DNA from: Prosthecobacter sp. | GTDB lineage: Bacteria > Verrucomicrobiota > Verrucomicrobiia > Verrucomicrobiales > Verrucomicrobiaceae | Assembly (NCBI RefSeq): GCF_029946185.1 | Contig: NZ_JAQSEA010000306.1 | Coordinates: forward strand, 11,044-75,043 | DNA length: 64,000 nucleotides | Direction of reading: 5' to 3' | Shown here: positions 59,793 to 64,000 of the stretch, piece after piece | Layout: every line of letters starts with the position of its first letter | Position numbering within the stretch: position 1 is the stretch's first letter | Program-made: the position numbers and the translations under genes | The notes under the pieces: generated by a model | Seen by the model: only the letters and a program-made list of their open reading frames with translations | Told to the model about the DNA's origin: nothing | Databases searched by the model: none

Positions 59793-62099
59793 ATGACTAA
59801 TTCTGATCGCATCCGCATCTTGATCGTCGAAAACGAAGGCCTCGTGGGCTGCGACATGGCTACGACCCTCGGCAAACTGGGCTATGTGGTCGTCGCTATC
59901 TGTGCGTCTGGAGAGGAAGCCTTAGAGCGCCATGAAGAATTTCGCCCGGATCTGGTCTTGATGGACGTCCACCTCGCAGGCCAGCTTGATGGGATTGAAA
60001 CGGCGAGAGAGCTGCAACGCCGCAGCCCAGTGGCGATCGTTTATGTGACGGCCTGCGCTGATCTGGACACCGTGGCCCGTGCGCGCCAAACGCACCCGCA
60101 TGGGTATTTGCTCAAGCCCTTCAATCACGATGAACTACGCCTGGCCGTGGAAGTGGCTGCACAGCGTCATTTTGAAGAGACAGAGCGTCAACGCCGGGAG
60201 CACAGCTACTTTGAGGCCTTTCAAAGCCTCGCTGATGGGGTGATCGCCGCAGACTTGTCTGGCGGTGTGGTGTTTATGAACCCTTCCGCAGCCCGTGCTA
60301 CTGGCTGGAATGCGCAGGAGGCCGTTGGCCGCTCTTTGAACGAGGTCTTTCGTATTTATCAGAGCACGGGTGAGCCCGCCGAGATTCTCTCTGCGGAGAA
60401 CGCCACGCAAGCGGAGCGCACCGTCTATCTCACCACGCTGGCGGGGGAACGGGTGCCGATCCAGGACCGCACGGCACCGCTGCGCGATGGGCAGGGCCAC
60501 CTGACCGGCCTCATCATTCTCTTCCGTGCCGCGGCCGTGCCAGCGCCATTGGAAACCGCGAGCATTCCGAACCGCAGCACTGCGCCGCTGGTAGATGTGG
60601 TCGAAAGCATTTCCGACCCGCTGTTTGCTCTGGATGCCCGCTGGCGTGTGACGTATGCCAACGCGAGCGCGTTGCGTCTCTTTGACCGCAATTTGCAGAA
60701 CATGCTGGGCCTCTCGCTGTGGGACATCATGCCCAGCGCGACCCGCGAACTGCACCATGAGGCCTTCGCCCATGCCATGCTGCACCGCGAGACAGTGAAC
60801 CGGGAACTCTACCTGGACGAAAAGCAGCTCTGGCTGGAACTGCGCGGCTACCCCTTTGCTGAAGGTCTGCTGCTGCTGGTGCAGGATGTCACAGCCCGGC
60901 GCGAAGAGGCTGAGCGGCGCAACCGCATTGACCGCCTTGAATCCCTAGGCCTGCTGGCGCGTGGGTTCGCGCATGATTTCAACAATCTGCTCACTGTGCT
61001 GCTGGGTAATATCTCGCTGGCCGAGATGCGCCTGCGCAATGCCATCACGCTGCCCGAACTGCACACGGCCAAGCAGGCTACGCTGCAGGCGCAGAATCTG
61101 GTGCAGCAGTTGCTCACCTTTGCCCGTGGCGGTGCGCCGATCAAAACGCAGCTCCGACTGGGTGACCTCATCGAGACTTTTTTCACGCATCACTCGCGCG
61201 CCAATCGCGTGGAGTACCGCATCGAAGTGCAGCCCGGGCTGCCGCAGATCGCCATTGATGGTGCGCAGGTTCGCCGCCTGCTGAGCAATCTCATCCGCAA
61301 TGCGGAACAGGCGCAGCCCGATGGCGGTGAAATCACCGTGCGCTGCTTCGCGCCTGATCATGCGGAGATGTTCCCCGGTGAAATGGTCACTGATACGAAC
61401 TTCCAGCCATCGGGCCTTGCCATCGAAGTCGCAGATGCAGGTGAAGGCATCCAGACAGAGCACCTTTCGCATATTTTTGAACCCTACTTCAGCACCCGCA
61501 AGGCTGACAACGCGACGGGTCTGGGCCTCACGGTCTGTGAATCCATCGCGAAAGCGCATGGCGGCTCGCTGACGGTCAGCTCAGAGCAGGGCAAGGGCAC
61601 CACGGTGCGGTTCTACCTGCCGCTGGATTCCGATGGTGAAGACGCGGACGCTTTTGGCCTGAGCAAGGTGTTCGACGCGCCACCCGAACTGAATGCTGTC
61701 AATCCACGCATCCTGGTGCTGGAAGATGATCCGCTGGTGCGCTCATTGATCGTCCGCAATCTCACTGGCAACGGCTTCGATGTGGTGGAGAGCTCCGAAG
61801 GCAGTGAAACGGTGCGCATGTACCAAGAAAGCGTGACGCAAGGGCGAGCTTTTGACCTCGTCATTCTCGACCTCAGCATTCCCAATGGCATGGGCGGTGT
61901 GCGTGCGATGGAAAAACTCCGCGCCATCGACCCTGATGTCTTTGCGATTGTCTCCAGCGGCTACTCAGATGATCCCGTCATGGCCAACCCGGGTGCCTAC
62001 GGCTTTGCGGCCGTGCTGCCCAAGCCGTACGAGCCCGCTGACATGCTGCGGCTGGTGCGCAACATCCTGGCAACACGCGGCATCCGCCGTGAATCGTAA
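59793..62099 (+). CDS. hybrid sensor histidine kinase/response regulator (REC-PAS-PAS-HisKA-HATPase-REC)
   Basis: REC1: 'ILIVENEG...DLVLMDVHL...LLKPF'. There are two PAS-like segments. H-box: 'FAHDFNNLLTVLLGNISLAE'. N/G boxes: 'LIRNAEQA', 'DAGEGI', 'GLGLTVCESIAKAHGG'. REC2: 'ILVLEDDP...DLVILDLSIPNGMGG...LPKPY'. Confidence 0.93.
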   Translation: MTNSDRIRILIVENEGLVGCDMATTLGKLGYVVVAICASGEEALERHEEFRPDLVLMDVHLAGQLDGIETARELQRRSPVAIVYVTACADLDTVARARQTHPHGYLLKPFNHDELRLAVEVAAQRHFEETERQRREHSYFEAFQSLADGVIAADLSGGVVFMNPSAARATGWNAQEAVGRSLNEVFRIYQSTGEPAEILSAENATQAERTVYLTTLAGERVPIQDRTAPLRDGQGHLTGLIILFRAAAVPAPLETASIPNRSTAPLVDVVESISDPLFALDARWRVTYANASALRLFDRNLQNMLGLSLWDIMPSATRELHHEAFAHAMLHRETVNRELYLDEKQLWLELRGYPFAEGLLLLVQDVTARREEAERRNRIDRLESLGLLARGFAHDFNNLLTVLLGNISLAEMRLRNAITLPELHTAKQATLQAQNLVQQLLTFARGGAPIKTQLRLGDLIETFFTHHSRANRVEYRIEVQPGLPQIAIDGAQVRRLLSNLIRNAEQAQPDGGEITVRCFAPDHAEMFPGEMVTDTNFQPSGLAIEVADAGEGIQTEHLSHIFEPYFSTRKADNATGLGLTVCESIAKAHGGSLTVSSEQGKGTTVRFYLPLDSDGEDADAFGLSKVFDAPPELNAVNPRILVLEDDPLVRSLIVRNLTGNGFDVVESSEGSETVRMYQESVTQGRAFDLVILDLSIPNGMGGVRAMEKLRAIDPDVFAIVSSGYSDDPVMANPGAYGFAAVLPKPYEPADMLRLVRNILATRGIRRES

Positions 62100-62146
62100 C
62101 CCTGTGCATTCGTTGACAACCGCGCCAGGTTTGAGAAATAACCTGC

Positions 62147-62578
62147 ATGCGCGAACAGGACCTCCTCGACAAACTCAGCAAGATCGAGCGGCTGTATGCA
62201 GGTGCTGCGACTCCAGGTGAGAAAGAAGCTGCAGCCGATGCCATGGAGCGCATCAAACGGCGGCTGGGTGAGACGGCAAAGATCGAGAGGCCCATCGAGT
62301 ACAAGTTCACGCTGAGCGATGGCTGGTCGAAAAAACTCTTCACTGCCCTGCTGCGTCGGTATGCGCTCAGGCCGTATCGATACGCACGCCAGCGACGGAC
62401 CACGGTCATGGTCCGAGTGCCGCGCAGTTTTGTGAATGAGACGCTGTGGCCGGAGTTCCTTGAACTGAGCAAGGTTTTGCAAACCTACCTCGACGAGGTG
62501 ACGGAACGCGTCATCTCGGGGGCCATCCATGCGAATGAAGGCGAGGAAGAAGTGATTGCTGGTGAGTATCTGGGCTGA
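62147..62578 (+). CDS. hypothetical protein with DUF2786-like N-terminal helix
   Basis: 143 aa. 'LLDKLSKIERLYAGAATPGEKEAAADAMERIKRRL' resembles the DUF2786 helical motif. The rest ('RPYRYARQRRTTVMVRVPRSFVNETLWPEF') matches no family I recognise. It starts 47 nt after the HK stop. Confidence 0.55.
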   Translation: MREQDLLDKLSKIERLYAGAATPGEKEAAADAMERIKRRLGETAKIERPIEYKFTLSDGWSKKLFTALLRRYALRPYRYARQRRTTVMVRVPRSFVNETLWPEFLELSKVLQTYLDEVTERVISGAIHANEGEEEVIAGEYLG

Positions 62579-62584
62579 AGCCGG

Positions 62585-63781
62585 CTACTTGTCGTCCTGC
62601 CATAGGAGGCGTGCGGCATAGACGCTGTTGTCTGCGCCGTATTTGTTGTCGGGTTTGATGACGATGTCCGGGCCGTTCTTCTGCATCCACTCGGCGACGG
62701 TGACCCAGGTTTCGTTTTCGCTGACCTCACAGACGCCGAAGTTTCCGAGGCGTGCACCACGCTCGGGCACAAGGATGCGTTCGGTTTCGCGTTTGACCGT
62801 GAGGGTGGCTTTGTCCACCTCTGCCATGAACAACGGGGCACGATGGCGGAAGACGTGATCGTTGTTGGCGCCTCTGCGGGTGTAAACGAGATAGAGGTGG
62901 TCTTTGTGCGTGACCCAGTGCTGCTGGGTGTTGTAGTTGCCGAGATCGCTGCCGTCAGTCCAGTCCCAGCGTTTGGGTTCGCTGAAATGCAGGCCGTCAT
63001 CGCTGACACACACATAGCCTGCGGTGTCGTTGCGCAGAGTCAGATAGAATTTTCCGGCGCAGCGGATCAATGAGGGCTCATAGACGCCGCGCCCGGACTC
63101 CAGCGCCAGATCATTGCCTTGCTCGACATAGTGCAGGGCGCTGCCGTCAAAGCTGCAACGCAGCACGGTGACGCGGTAGTATTTGTCGCCTTTGGCTTTG
63201 AAGTAGATGGGCAGGAGGATGTCGCCGTTTTCGATATCGACGCGCTGCACACTGCCAGCGCCCGCGTTGAAAAACTTGGGACCTTCTGGCATCGGCATCG
63301 CTGTCCACGGTGACCACGTGGACTGCTGCGGATCATAGACGGAGAAGCAGGTTTCGCGGGGGCGTTCGTGAATGACCTTGTTGTCGGAATAACGCACGGT
63401 GTGGCCGATGCCGAGGAGTTTGCCTGACTTTGCATGATACTTCGGCGTGAAGTCACAGGCGGCGACAATCACGCCTTCCGGCTCTTCGCGTCGGCCCAGA
63501 GTTGCCGTGTGCTCGACAGGCTGCGTCCACGTCTTGCCGAGACCGGAGGTGCTGACGTGGTTCAATGCATAAAAGACATCGCTGCCGGTGAGCAGTAGCT
63601 TCTGCATCGTGAGCACGACCTGCGGCGGGCTGCCGGGGATCGCGCCTGCACGCGGATGGACCCAGCACATTTTACCATCGTATCCCTGGGTGATCGTTTC
63701 GAGCTTTATTTCGTACGGCTCGGCGGCGTGGAGGGCGGAGATAACAAAGAGGGCGGGAGTGAGCAGACGAAACATGCTCAC
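62585..63781 (-). CDS. secreted sialidase-like / BNR-type beta-propeller protein (tentative)
   Basis: Signal peptide '[19 protein letters not shown]'. There are degenerate Asp-box-like segments ('STSGLGKTW', '[11 protein letters not shown]') and a repetitive beta-strand pattern. The function is uncertain. Confidence 0.5.
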   Translation of the reverse strand: MSMFRLLTPALFVISALHAAEPYEIKLETITQGYDGKMCWVHPRAGAIPGSPPQVVLTMQKLLLTGSDVFYALNHVSTSGLGKTWTQPVEHTATLGRREEPEGVIVAACDFTPKYHAKSGKLLGIGHTVRYSDNKVIHERPRETCFSVYDPQQSTWSPWTAMPMPEGPKFFNAGAGSVQRVDIENGDILLPIYFKAKGDKYYRVTVLRCSFDGSALHYVEQGNDLALESGRGVYEPSLIRCAGKFYLTLRNDTAGYVCVSDDGLHFSEPKRWDWTDGSDLGNYNTQQHWVTHKDHLYLVYTRRGANNDHVFRHRAPLFMAEVDKATLTVKRETERILVPERGARLGNFGVCEVSENETWVTVAEWMQKNGPDIVIKPDNKYGADNSVYAARLLWQDDK

Positions 63782-63782
63782 A

Positions 63783-64000
63783 TCAACGCGCCAGAGCCGT
63801 CGGGTTGTGCGACTTTTGCCTGTCCCACAGCAACTTCATGGCGATCACACCGAGCCATGGGGCGAGGCCAGCGGCGGCCATGCCGAGGTCAAAGGACTTG
63901 GTCTCGTCAATGACGTGGCCGAACAACTTGTGCATGGGCGAGGACACCGCCCACACCCAGGTGCTGAGCAAGCCCGTGAGACGACCGACATGCCGGTCTG
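63783..64000 (-). CDS. 3' end of a gene whose start lies beyond the window (hydrophobic C-terminus, unknown function)
   Basis: The minus-strand frame is open from the window edge to the stop at 63783. The track start at 63971 is only an in-frame TTG. It ends 2 nt from the start of the sialidase-like gene. Confidence 0.45.
   Translation of the reverse strand, partial: DRHVGRLTGLLSTWVWAVSSPMHKLFGHVIDETKSFDLGMAAAGLAPWLGVIAMKLLWDRQKSHNPTALAR

Noticed and set aside
1-64000. Searched by eye for CRISPR arrays, tRNA/rRNA genes, IS/transposase/integrase genes, phage genes, toxin-antitoxin pairs and known defence-system signatures.
   Set aside because: I saw no regularly spaced direct repeats. No cloverleaf-like sequence appeared in any intergenic gap. 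I found no DDE/tyrosine-recombinase motifs and no nuclease, ATPase or reverse-transcriptase combinations typical of defence islands. A tRNAscan/Infernal/PADLOC run would be the decisive check.

Overview
This is a GC-rich chromosomal segment with strong GC3 bias. Its gene content points to the PVC superphylum, most likely Verrucomicrobiota. I support 52 protein-coding genes, two of them cut by the window edges. I found no rRNA, tRNA, CRISPR array, transposase, integrase or prophage signal. Housekeeping genes (valS, coaB, proC, pheA, pbpC, pfkA, an ABC-F ATPase, nuoIJKLMN) are interleaved with PVC-typical exported families: DUF1501, DUF1549/DUF1553, DUF1592-type, DUF1552 and DUF1080. Many long ORFs in the track are antisense shadows of real genes, as expected at this GC content, and I did not call them. 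All calls rest on motifs and architecture read by eye. No search was run, so family names are recollections to be confirmed by HMM search.

Main leads, in order of interest:
1. A tightly packed minus-strand operon (8099-15175) encodes a PAS-AraC regulator, an amidohydrolase, a PmoA-like DUF6807 protein and a 1309-aa exported fusion. The fusion reads TIM barrel, LamG, beta-propeller, then a complete azurin-type copper domain where relatives usually carry a CxxCH heme domain. A small secreted YHS/TRASH-like protein lies just upstream.
2. A DUF1592+DUF1552 cassette sits nested inside a split DUF1549/1553+DUF1501 cassette.
3. A four-gene envelope operon of unknown function lies at 34900-38277.
4. 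An FHA-LuxR regulator is divergent from a possible Cys-rich (2x CxxCxxCxxC) small ORF plus a membrane protein, with a perfect 18-bp palindrome between them.
5. A compositionally atypical papain-like cysteine-peptidase protein sits directly downstream of nuoN.
6. The nuoI-N half-operon lacks nuoA-H and is preceded by a perfect TGTGA-N6-TCACA site.
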